Shown: piece after piece, positions 53,278 to 64,000 of the stretch
Position numbering within the stretch: the stretch's first letter is position 1
How the letters are laid out: each line of letters starts with the position of its first letter
NCBI GenBank assembly: GCA_951406725.2
Contig: OX597839.1
Coordinates: forward strand, 21,762,001-21,826,000
Direction: 5' to 3'
DNA from: Octopus vulgaris
Taxonomy: Eukaryota
DNA length: 64,000 nt
Notes under the pieces: model-generated
The model's database searches: none
What the model was told of the DNA's origin: nothing
What the model saw: only the letters and a program-made list of their open reading frames with translations
Made by a program: the position numbers and the translations under genes

Positions 53278-53981
53278 TCGTGGTTCTCAACCAAGGTCCA
53301 GACAACCCGGGGGTGGGGGGAAGGTCATATAAGACTTTTGGCGTACATACAAGAAAAATAGTGAAGTGAGGATCCACAGCAGCATTTTAAGGGTTCATGA
53401 TAAAAATTTAGATGTATTTATTGCCAGAAAGAGCCAGGTTTCTTTCTCTAATCCTTTGACATGTTTCTGGTCATTGAAACATGTTCTCCCAGAGAATTCC
53501 ATTGCAAACCCACAAAAGTGAATGAGAGGAGAGCAAAATAGGAATTTTGAAAGAAGTCTCTATAAAACTAGTTTTTAAGCATCAAGTGGTTACTCTTTTA
53601 CTTGTTTCAGTCATTTGACTGCGGCCATGCTGGAGCACCGCCTTTAGTCGAGGAAATCGACCCCGGGACTTATTCTTTGTAAGCCCAGTACTTATTCTAT
53701 CGGTCTCTTTTGCCGAACCGCTAAGTAACGGGGACGTAGACACACCAGCATCGGTTGTCAAGCAATGCTAGGGGGACAAACACAGACACACAAACAAACA
53801 CATATATATACATATATATATATATACATACGACAGGCTTCTTTCAGTTTCCGTCTACCAAATCCACTCACAAGGCATTGGTCGGCCCGGGGCTATAGCA
53901 GAAGACACTTGCCCAAGATGCCACGCAGTGGGACTGAACCCGGAACCATGTGGTTAGGTTAAAATTGGTTGAGAACCAGTG
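53278..53981. mobile_element. hAT (Charlie-like) MITE
   Basis: TIRs GTGGTTCTCAACC / GGTTGAGAACCAGTG; 8-bp TSD CCCTAAAC / GCCTAAAC. Confidence 0.8.
53591..53957 (-). mobile_element. SINE family 2 inserted in a hAT MITE
   Basis: Sequence match to other copies; interrupts element 53278-53981. Confidence 0.9.
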
Positions 53982-54525
53982 GCCTAAACATCTGGTCTGA
54001 AGGAAGGAAGAGATGACGGTGATTCCTTGTCCCAGAATTTCGAAGGACAAAGAAGCCTTCATTAAATCAAGCGAGAAATCTCAAGGAAATTTCAAAACAT
54101 CAGACGTAACTGTGTGACCGGTTCAGTCCCACTGCACAGTTGTCTAGGGCAAATATCTTTTATTATAGCCCAGGGCCGATCAAAACCTAGCGGTTGGATA
54201 TGGTGAATGGAAATTGAAAGGAAGCCCACCATGTGTGTGTGGGGAATCATGTGAATATCATTGATCTACAAGTGAAGGTTTTTGTAATTTTCCACCAACA
54301 AATTGTCCAATGGGTCTGCACTTTGAAAGACATGGAACAAAGGATCCCTTATTTGAAAGTCATGTAAGGATCAGCCACAGGAAGAGCATTCAGCTGCAAA
54401 ACAATGCCTCAATGATGTATTTGTCAAACTCAGTAGTTTTCGACTGCAGTCCTATGACCCGCAGGGGCTGGGGGGGGGGGGGGGGTAGCATATAAAATTT
54501 TGCTGTTAAAATTTATGTTCAATAA

Positions 54526-54845
54526 GGAGTGGCTGTGTGGTAAGGAGCTTGCTTCCCAACCACATGGTCCCAGGTTCAGTCCCACTGGGTGGCAGCTTGG
54601 GCAAGTGTCCTCAACTATAGCCTCAGGCTAACCAAAGCCTTCTGAATGGATTTGGTAGACGGAAACTGAAAGAAGCCCATCATATATATGTATATATGTA
54701 TGTTGGTGTGCTTATGTCCCCATAACTTGGCAGTTTGGCAATAGGGACTGATAGAATAAGTACTAGGCTTACAAAGACTAAATACTGGGGTCGATTTGTT
54801 CGACTAAAGGCGGTGTTCCAGCAGAATGAAACAAGTAAAGAATAG
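54526..54845 (+). mobile_element. SINE family 2 (diverged)
   Basis: Sequence match to other copies. Confidence 0.85.
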
Positions 54846-55239
54846 AATTGGTTATTTTTTATTTTTCCAGTTTCAGCTCATGAGCTGTGGCCATGCTGGG
54901 GCACCACCATTATATTTCTAAAAATTAACAAAATATTTTAAGAATTGATTTTTATACAATTCTGCACTCATGGCTCTGTCACATAAACAGATGGATCCAC
55001 ATGTGCAGCGCCACATAAAAGCACCCAGTACACTCTTCTGTAAAGTGGTTGGTGTTAGGAAGGACATCCAGCCACAGAAAACCATGCCAAATCAGTCTGG
55101 AGTCTGGTGCAGCTCCTTAGCTTACCAGCTCTGGTCAAGTCACCCAACCCATGCCAGCATGGACAACAGACGTACGATGATGAAGAAAAATACAAGATTT
55201 TTTTTTCAAGACGGAATGAATATGGAAGTCCAGCCGAGT

Positions 55240-55643
55240 AAACATCAGACACCTACCATATTCTGAGCGCCTTGTTTCCCTGGGCATGGATTCACTGAAG
55301 CTCCGGCGTCTGGCGACGGACTTGGTAAACGCCCACAAAGTTGTCAACCACCTCACCAACAACAACACTGAACACCTTTTTGATCTCCATGTGTCTAACA
55401 CCCGTGGACATGCCTACAAAGTCAGAAAACAACACAGCTCCCATGACTTTCGGAAACATTTTTTCACGCTCAGAGTTGCTGAAGCATGGAACAAACTGCC
55501 TGCGTCAGTTGTTGACTGCCATGACACTGCATCCTTTAAGGCCCTCATGCTTTCCGAAATCCGTCGAAACTACACCTGATTATATATACACTTTAGATGA
55601 GTTGTAGTGCACCTGAGCACTGTACACAATTATTATTATTATT
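55240..55643 (+). mobile_element. CR1-type LINE 3' fragment
   Basis: YSERLVSLGMDSLKLRR..DL, TRGHAYK, RKHFFTLRVAEAWNKLP; (ATT)n tail. Confidence 0.9.
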
Positions 55644-55800
55644 AAAAAGAAATCAGAGGGGTCCATGAGTATAGAAACGGTTGAAAAGTACTGATCTAAC
55701 TCATACTAGCAAGGTAAAACAGACATAAAAACAAAGTAAAAACCATAAAAAGAATGAAAAACAAAAAACAGTGGACGGAGGAATCAAAAAGATGTTTTAC

Positions 55801-56453
55801 CTGTTGTGGCCCAGAGAGGGGACAAATCTCCAGGATATCATTGGATTCTTCTGGTTCAAAGAAATTGTCACCTTCCACCCGGTTAGCCTGTTGTCTTCCC
55901 TCTATGAAGTCATAACTGTAGTCAACCTCCTCATCTTGATCGTCGGTCAAGTCCACAATAGGTGGGGGCGGGGGTGCAGCAGGGGAGATAACTTTGGTGG
56001 TGTGGGAGGTGGACGATGCCAGTAAATGGGACGCGTGTTTGAGCAGGATGTTCGCCATGGAGTCCTCGTGGTGGTATTCATCCACATCGTCGTCAATCTG
56101 GTAACAACCAGCAGCAGCAGCAGCAGCGTCATCCTCATGAGTAGCAGAAGCAGTGACTGTGGTGGTAGGAGGAGTAGGAGGAGGTGTAGTAGTAAAAGTA
56201 GGAGTAGTAGCAGGAAGAGCAGCGGTAACATCAAACGTGGTGGTGGTGGTGGTGGTAGACGTATGTAAAGACTCCCTCTGGAGTGGTGGTGGTGGTGGTG
56301 GTTCGCTGTCTCTCACTGCCTCTGTGACATCAGTGTCTGGTTCCACAGACTCCATAGCTACATCATCATCATCATCACCATCATCCTCCTCCTCCGTGTC
56401 CACCTCAATGTGAAGTCTTTTGCTTGTGTGGGTCACTGCATCAGGAGATCTCT
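55801..56453 (-). CDS. Coding exon C, acidic/Thr/Pro-rich, with SIM-like IVDLTDD
   Basis: ttttcag acceptor, CAG|gtaaaa donor; 653 nt, phase 1 in and phase 0 out; RSPDAVTH...SGPQQ. Confidence 0.9.
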
Positions 56454-56642
56454 CTGAAAAAATGAAACAAATACTTTGGGTTCACATCATATAAAACGTG
56501 TGCATGTGTGATTGTGTGTGTGTGTTGTTGTTTAACCCCTAGACAGTTCAAAATGAGCTAATGAGGGAAAGCAGTCCAGCCATGGCGATCACCCCACTTC
56601 TTTCTTAGGCACAGTGAATCCACAACCACACACTTATGTCCC

Positions 56643-57027
56643 TTTTACTCTCTTTTACTTGTTTCAGTCATTTGACTGCGGCCATGCTGGAGCACCGCCT
56701 TTAGTCGAGCAACTCGACCCCGGGACTTATTCTTTTTGTAAGCCCAGTACTTATTCTATCGGTCTCTTTTTGCCGAACCGCTAAGTGACGGGGACGTAAA
56801 CACACCAGCATCGGTTGTCAAGCAATGCTAGGGGGACAAACAGACACACATACATATATATATACATATATACGACAGGCTTCTTTCAGTTTCCGTCTAC
56901 CAAATCCACTCACAAGGCATTGGTCGGCCCGGGGCTATAGCAGAAGACACTTGCCCAAGATGCAACGCAGTGGGACTGAACCCGGAACCATGTGGTTGGT
57001 AAAAAAGCTACTTACCACACAGCCACT
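56643..57027 (-). mobile_element. SINE family 2
   Basis: Sequence match to other copies. Confidence 0.9.
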
Positions 57028-57509
57028 TTTTTTTTAATTCCCTTCCCCAAGAGTATGATCTAACTGCTATTTCTAGCAAGTTGAACAACAACTGAGAGAG
57101 ACAATGTGGTGGAGGGGAGAGGAAAAGAAATGAGGATGTGGAGTGGGGTGAGGGGTGGAGGAAGAGGGAGGAGGGAGATGCAGAGGGGGAGGAGGATTCT
57201 TTCGTCCCATCAACAAACAAGGATTCAGCAGGAGACAGCTTCATAATGACCATCATCCCAGTGGCTATCTGAGTGGAAGGTCAAAGCTGAAGACTTCCAG
57301 TAGCATCCTCTCTACCCATCCCCGTTACCCCCTTTCCCTATCATCCCTGGACTCACCAAGAGAGTGTGATGGTGCAGGGGGTCTTGCTTTGCTGAACAAC
57401 CTCAATCAGAGAAATAAAGACTCAGCTACAACTCTGTTACTCGGTCAGGCAGAAATGCTCACTTCACGCCACTGCTCAGTTGCACAAACAATTACTTTAC
57501 TATGCTTAA

Positions 57510-57730
57510 CCCTTTCGTTACTGTATTTATTTTGAGATGCTCTGTGTTTCTTTCAATTACTTTAAATATAAGAAAGAATTTAGTAAAATAACTTAGTTCT
57601 CATTCAGCTAGTGTTAGAAACATAAATTGTGACTAAGGTTTGGTGGAAATTTTGAATTCAAAACTTATGAAAACAAGACATTTGTACTAAAGAGCCAGAG
57701 CCGGTTTCAGCCGGGTTGGTAACAAAAGGG
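57510..57730 (-). mobile_element. TTAA-specific MITE, 221 bp, inverted relative to 47830-48050
   Basis: Same TIRs and TTAA TSD; colinear with the reverse complement of the 47830 copy. Confidence 0.92.
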
Positions 57731-58479
57731 TTAATTACTAGGCTACTCATAATTAAAACTAGTTTCTTGTTAGTTAATCAACTCAGCTTATTGAGGCAAC
57801 AAACTTTTCAAAACAGCCTGGAGACTGTGGTTGAGTCCATTTAAATAAAAGGGGGTCGTTGGTAGTGTAAAGATTGGAAATAAACGGCCAAGAGACACAA
57901 TGGGTCAGCCTGAGAGTGCCTATCCTATATCAGGAGGAAGTGAATGTTCCAGCAACAGAGCAGCTGCCAATTTTACACTGCTCCTGCTGCTTACAGCATT
58001 ATATTTGAACTTCCCTGTGCATCTATTAAGAGGCACATGGACTGCCATTTGAGAGAGAGAGTTTCCTAAAGACAAGAGTTCAAATTCTCAAGCCTGTTGA
58101 TCCAACCAACCAACTAGAGGAGATTGTCCCGCATAGACAGGTTGGCCACTGACCAACACAAAAAGGCCAGCAATGTGATGACATGGCTTTCATCCAGAAC
58201 TAGATCTGCAACAGCTCAATGGAGGGAGTATTTAATCTTTCAGCATTTAAACTGGCCATATCCGACCTAAATATTCTACCTGGTTTTTTGTTCAAACTGG
58301 CCAGGTCCAGCATTTCACACCTATCCTACAAGGTCTTTCTAAAAATAAACAGTAACATCATCGAAGTCTAAAAGATAATGCAGGATTAACTGAAAACAAT
58401 GTGGATAAATAAGGATTACAAAGGACAGAATAATCCGATTGCTAAATCGTTAATAAATGGCTTCAAATTCTGGCATAAG

Positions 58480-58890
58480 GCATACGGATGAAGACAGCTG
58501 GGTAGAGAAGCACTGGGCTCTAATTGTTGAGGGCACCTGTGGAAGGAAGACATGGGAAGAAGTGGTGAGAAAAAAATCTTTGGACGCTGGGCCTCACTGA
58601 GAAAATGATTAGGGACCAGAAGATGTGGCAATTTGCTGTACTTGATAAGACGTGTCAAGCTAAGTCCTTACATACAAGCTGATCCTTTCAGAAGCCAGTG
58701 CCACTTAAAAAAGCAGCCACACCAGGGCTGTTTTGACACACCTGTGCCGGTGCACCTGTACTGATGGCATGCAAAAAAGCACCCAGCAATAGAAAACATG
58801 CCAACACAAAGAGTTGAAATCTGGACAGCTTCATGTCAAACTGTCCAACTCATGCCAGCATGGAAAGTGGACTTCAAACAATGATAATGA
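58480..58890 (+). mobile_element. RTE-type LINE 3' fragment (degenerate)
   Basis: DEDSWVEK...VEGTCGRKTWEEVVRKNLWTLGLTEKMIRD..W, followed by a family-4-like tail. Confidence 0.7.
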
Positions 58891-59027
58891 AGGCCAGCAA
58901 TTTGAAGGGAAGGTGGATAGTTGATTACATCAACCCCAGGGCTCAACTGGTACTTAATAGACGAAGTGCTGCCAAACATTTTGCCTGGCATGCTGACAAT
59001 TCTGCAAGCTTGCCGCCTTGTAAATGG

Positions 59028-59300
59028 TCATCATTATCATCGTTTAACGTCCACTTTCCATGCTGGCATGGGTTGGACGATTTGACTGGGGATTGGCGAG
59101 CCAGATGGCTGCACCAGGCTCCAATCTGATCTGGCAAGGTTTCTACAGCTGGATGCCCTTCCTAACGCCAACCATTCTGAGAGTGTAGTGGGTGCTTTTA
59201 TGTGCCACCGGCACAAGGGCCAGTCAGGCGGTACTGGCAACAGCCACGCTCAAATGGTGTTTTTTACATGCCACCTGCAAAGGAGCCAGTCCAGTGCCAC
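59028..59300 (-). mobile_element. Retroposon family 4 (diverged)
   Basis: Sequence match. Confidence 0.8.
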
Positions 59301-59573
59301 TCCCTCTCTCTCTTTCGGAGAGGCACTGAGCAGCTATACGCACACATACGCACACGGCAGTAACTTCCACCTACCGAATTCAATCACAAAGCTCCGGTCG
59401 GCTCGAGGCTATAGTGGAAGACACCTATCCAAAGTGCCATGCAGTGGGACTGAACCCGAAACCACGTAGCTAGGAAGCAAGCTCCCTAACCACACAGCCA
59501 TGCCCGCGCCTACTCAATATTAACAAATACATTTCTAGTTTTGTTTCAATGACATGAAGGCAAAGTTACTTAC

Positions 59574-60259
59574 CATTAGCAGAATCTGGAAATGCAAAAA
59601 CGATGTCACTGTCAACCCTGAGCGTGTGTTGAAGCATGTCAGAGCGATCGAGCACGTCATCAGAGTCTGTTGTGTAGGACACCTGATCGTTATCCACCTG
59701 TTCAGATGATTCTGTTGAAGCCAAAGAGCCCGCTTGGCCCTCCACTGGTGGCATCGCCTCACTACCAACGGCTCGGTAGCTGCTGCTTAATTCTTCACCA
59801 AATTCCCGTTGACCGGAGACAGGTTGCCGCCATCGTTGTTGTTGTTGTTGCTGCTGTGTCAGATCCTCGCTGTTATCAGAATCATCAACTTGCATCTCAC
59901 CATCCTCTTCCTCCTCCTCCTCATAATAATCATCATCATCATCATCCTCCTCTTCCTCTTCCTCCTGTCTCTTCACTTTCCTGACTTCAGCTAAAACCCG
60001 TGCTACTTCTGCTGCCACTACCTTCTCAACAGCCCGCTTTCTCTCTTCTTCTTCTTCATCATCATCATCAACATGCATTTTGCGCCTGTGTTCTTCCTCG
60101 TAGTCGTCATCTTCCTCCTCTTCAATGAAAGAACCGGTGTCCTCCTCCTCCTCTTCCTCCTCCTCCACACCATCTGTGTCCATCTCTGTCACCTCTCGAC
60201 CAGCTTCGACATTGTTGTTGTCCAGCAAAGCCAATATGTTGTCCATCACCTGATGTCGA
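59574..60259 (-). CDS. Coding exon B, acidic poly-E/D region
   Basis: tttcag acceptor, G|gtaagt donor; 686 nt, phase 2 in and phase 1 out; RHQVMDNILALL...FPDSAN. Confidence 0.9.
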
Positions 60260-61218
60260 CTGAAACGAGAAAGATCAAATATTGTAGACATGACAGTGGT
60301 GCTCCAGCATGGCCAGTAGTTTGAATTAGGCAGCACAGCCAAGACCATGCTGCAGCACAAGTACACACACCGAACAAAGACTGTGCTAGAGTGCAAGTAA
60401 AGAGATCATCCACCAGTTTCACAAGTGCATAGTTATTTGAACAACTGAATGACCTACTAGGGCTGAGTATACCACAGACATGTGTCCCCTTATAGTAAAG
60501 GCTGACCATTTGAATTGAGCAATCCACTTAGCAATGGAGACCAACCCATTTGAAATCTGTCACCAATGTTACTGGGAGCAAATTGGAATAAAAAGAGAAA
60601 ACAACCAAACGACCAACACAAACGATTTGTTTTTAGGGATCAAATGCAAGAGATGTACATTAGCTCACTACCCTCCATCAAATTGACATTGTCTGAACAG
60701 GTGCACAAGTCTACCTTGCATCAGGTGTCAAAGTGATCACAGAGCAATGTGAGACGATATGTTTTACCCAAGAACACAACACATCAACTGGTCTGGGAAT
60801 TGAAACCAGAATCTTGCAATCGGGAGTACAATACCCTAACCATTAGGCCATGTGCCCTCGTAAAAATAATAATAATAATATGCGTGTCTCTGATCATGAG
60901 CAGAAGTAGTGGGGGAATTCTTTGGTGTTTGGATAAATCACCTTGGGAAACATGGATGTTTCATTCATCATCCCTTATTCAAGGACCTTTTGAAGGGGAT
61001 GGACTAATTGACCTAAAGAAAATTCTAACAGGGCCCCACCTGCAAGGTCATGCACTGTTTATCTTGATATGAGATCATCAGGTCATGCACAAAGGGTTGC
61101 AGTGCATGTACCCTTATCAGACGGGTAATCATGATGGGTATACTGGGCTTCATATATTTTACCCCAGCTTCACTTTGATGGCATGCACTGCTCTCTCAAT
61201 AATAATAAATGTATTCAA

Positions 61219-61450
61219 AGGCGTTGAGCTGGCAGAATCGTTAGCACGTCGGGTGAAATGCTTAGCGTTATTTCGTCTGCCGCTACGTTCTGAGTTCAAA
61301 TTCCGCCGAGGTCGACTTTGCCTTTCATCCTTTCGGGGTCGATAAATAAAGTACCAGTTTCGCACTGGGGTCGTTGTAATCAACTTAATCCCTTTGTCTG
61401 TCCTTATTTGTCCCCTCTATGTTTAGCCCCTTGTGGGCAATAAAGAAATA
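61219..61450 (+). mobile_element. SINE family 3
   Basis: Sequence match. Confidence 0.9.
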
Positions 61451-61462
61451 TAAATAATAATA

Positions 61463-61680
61463 ATGTATCCCAGTAGTTATAGGTGCATCGGGAACTATCT
61501 CTAAAGATCTGAACATATGGATAGAGGAAATAGACATAAAACCCAGTTTAGTACAGCTGCAGGAAACTAGGGACAGCTAGGATACTTAGGAGGGTTTTTG
61601 GCATCTAAGGCAATTTATTGTAGCCCAATGTTAGGATTCTTCTGTTTTTCAAGAGTCTAATCTGTTGAGTGTATGTGAAT
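61463..61680 (+). mobile_element. R4/Dong-like (RLE) LINE extreme 3' fragment
   Basis: IPVVIGASGTISKDL..W...LQ and LGTARILRRVF* motifs; next to TAA repeats. Confidence 0.7.
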
Positions 61681-61915
61681 CATCATCATCATTTAGCGTC
61701 CGCTTTCCATGCTAGCATGGGTTGGACGGGTCAACTGGGGTCTGTGAAGCCGGAAGGCTTCGTCAGGCCCAGTCAGATCTGGCAGTGTTTCTACGGCTGG
61801 ATGCCCTTCCTAACGCCAACCACTCCGCGAGTGTAGTGGGTGTTTTTTACGTGCCACCTGCACAGGTGCCAGACAGAGCTGGCAAACGGCCACGAACGGA
61901 TGGTGCTTTTACGTG
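61681..61915 (-). mobile_element. Retroposon family 4
   Basis: Sequence match. Confidence 0.85.
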
Positions 61916-62118
61916 TCTCCTTTCTACTAAAGGCACAAGGCCTGAAATTTTTAGTTAATTACACTGACCCCACTGTTTCACTGGTACTTAATTCATCAAC
62001 TACAAAAGGATGAAGCCACAATGGAATTTGAACCCAGAACATGAAGGTGGATGAAGTGTCGCTAAGCATTTTGCTCAGCATGCAAACGATTCTGCCAGCT
62101 GGCCACCTTTAATAATAA

Positions 62119-62516
62119 CTAGCAGCATAGCCCGGCGTTGCCCGGGTATGTAAGAGCCCCTAGTAGGCAACGACTAATCCCAATCTAGTTCTTTCCCTCT
62201 AGGGAACGAAGGTGCATGTGTAGGTTGCAACGTCTTCTCTTCACTCGAATACTTCTATGTATACGATGTTCCTAGCTGTCTCCCGACAGAAAATGTGTTG
62301 GATATAAAAAGCTTAGATTCTCGACCCCATGTCGAATTTATCGATTTTTTTCAGAACTGGGGGAGCTTTTCAAAATTTTCACTGCGTTAGTTTTGAATTA
62401 TGACATTGGGCTATGTGTGTGTCAAGTTTCATCAGAATCGGTTGAAAGCCGTGGTCAGGGTGAGGGTACAACCTGGCAGACACACAGACAGACAAACTGC
62501 CGTTTATATATAGAGA
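62119..62516 (-). mobile_element. Non-autonomous Helitron
   Basis: Reverse complement of the 41445 copy, with hairpin and CTAG. Confidence 0.9.
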
Positions 62517-62654
62517 TAGAGATAATTCTTTCTACTATAGACACAAGGTCTGAAATTTTGGGGGAGGGGACTAGTCAATGACATTGACCCCAATGTTTCA
62601 CTGGTACTTAATTTATCAACTCCAAAAGGATGAAAGGCAATATAATAATAATAA

Positions 62655-62685
<31 letters not shown>

Positions 62686-62737
62686 AATAAAGATAACTGG
62701 AAGTGGATTTATTTTGTTGTGAAATAAATATAATTAC

Positions 62738-62960
62738 TCAGCAGCAGATATTTCTGTTCTGGGAGCCGTCTTTGATAACAATGCTGACATTGATGTATAA
62801 GAACCGTTGGAAGAATTTGGAGAGAAATTTCTGGAAGCTGGCTCAGCAAATCGAAGGGACTTGCTGGTCCTCTTAACTGATGTTGCAGTTGGTGTTAACA
62901 ATAAAGAGTTGTTTGCAGCTGATTGAGAGGAACGCCCTGAATTTCGCAGACCAGGAGAAT
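62738..62960 (-). CDS. Coding exon A (first in window) of a large disordered nuclear protein, tentatively ELYS/AHCTF1-like; contains KSLRF (RVxF-like)
   Basis: Poly-T tract + TAG acceptor at 62961-62962; GA|gtaatt donor; 223 nt, phase 1 in and phase 2 out, matching the next exon; translates SPGLRN...EISAA. Confidence 0.85.
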
Positions 62961-63447
62961 CTAAAAAAAAAAAAGAAAAAACAAATGGAAAATGTTGGTT
63001 GGCATCCCATGTGGAACCAGATTTATAGATGATGGACAATAAATACCTGAAGATATCTGAATTCAAATCCAACTTAGGTTTCAATTTTTTTTTAACCCCA
63101 CCATATTCAGAGGTTATTAACCATATCACACAATGTTCCCAGTATAGCAGGCAAAACTTAAATCTCTATTAAAATTCCCATTAACCATTTCAAGGGAACT
63201 TTTTTTCAAATCGGTAAGGGTGTGGGGTTTGTATGCATGTGAGCCTTTTGAACTGTCATTATAGTGTCATACACTCTGATCATACACCTGGCACTACATA
63301 CTTACCAGAAAAACCGGAGTGGTACTACACTGCATCACACAGAGAATGGGAATTTTAAAGATATGGTTTGTAAAATTTTTGATTGGTACAAATATGTATC
63401 AGCCAGGCAGAAAGGGCCAAAGCAGTAATGATCAACACACAAAGAAA

Positions 63448-63951
63448 TCTATATATATATAAAACTGTAGTTGTGTGAGTGTCTGTCTCCTACGATCTAG
63501 ATTCCTAACTACTCCCACATTTTGCGGTGCAGTTTAACCAAATTCAGGTATCTTATAGTCGTGATTCATATCGAGCCCGTCTGGGTATTAGTGCGCATCT
63601 ACGATAAGTCTACGATTTAAAAAATAATTTAACATCATTTTTTTCCATTTTAACGTATATTTTTTCATGTGTCGATGGTGGCGGAGTTGGCGTCCATGGT
63701 CACAGCTGCACCTGTGTTGCTTCTCCCCCTTCTTCCCTCCCTCGTGAAGCTGTGGGGAAGGGAGTGTAAGGAAATCAACGTCGTAAAGCATTGGCAAGGA
63801 GACCAGCGTTCTTTTAGAACAACGACTTCATGGCTTGAAGTCGCCAAAATTACCATCATTTTTTATTCCATTTTGAATGCATTTTTTGGCTATAACTCAC
63901 TAAAAATGCTTATATAGTTATTTCCCTTACAAACCCGAGCGATACTGCTAG
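63448..63951 (+). mobile_element. Non-autonomous Helitron (different 5' body)
   Basis: A|TC start, CTAG|T end; last ~70 bp shared with the 50210 copy. Confidence 0.8.
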
Positions 63952-64000
63952 TAGAAGATAAAATACTATAGATAGACAGTTTTGTAGTCAAGTCTGTTTA

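Noticed and set aside
57064-57085. Resemblance of GCTAGAAATAGCA to the Cas9 sgRNA scaffold
   Set aside because: Only 13 nt match; that loop is an engineered junction, and the motif is a dispersed native repeat here
57008-57535. ORFs in intron B-C as extra exons
   Set aside because: Exons B and C already join in phase; no convincing splice-site pair

Overview
This is AT-rich, repeat-dense animal genomic DNA, not prokaryotic. The SINE families and microsatellite load resemble an octopus (coleoid cephalopod) genome; that is my recognition and I have not verified it. One host gene is supported: the last 8 coding exons of a minus-strand gene (62960 to 36921). All junctions are GT-AG and phase-compatible, giving about 1365 aa of acidic/Ser-Thr-Pro disordered protein with a basic tail. 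It is tentatively ELYS/AHCTF1-like, and its 5' part lies beyond the right edge. The rest is transposon-derived or tandemly repeated: a 3.6-kb 26-bp minisatellite; a near-complete CR1-type LINE nested in a mariner relic; Tx1, RTE, R4-like and Penelope fragments; Tc1/mariner, hAT and TTAA (piggyBac-type) MITEs; Helitrons; a solo LTR; and four SINE families. The most notable findings are four unrelated type I hammerhead-ribozyme-like motifs with palindromic minimal stem III, a LANA-like MxLRS motif at the protein C-terminus, a multi-layer nested insertion, and a locally templated insertion. Most ORFs in the supplied track are repeat artefacts. Repeat boundaries were read by eye and are approximate.
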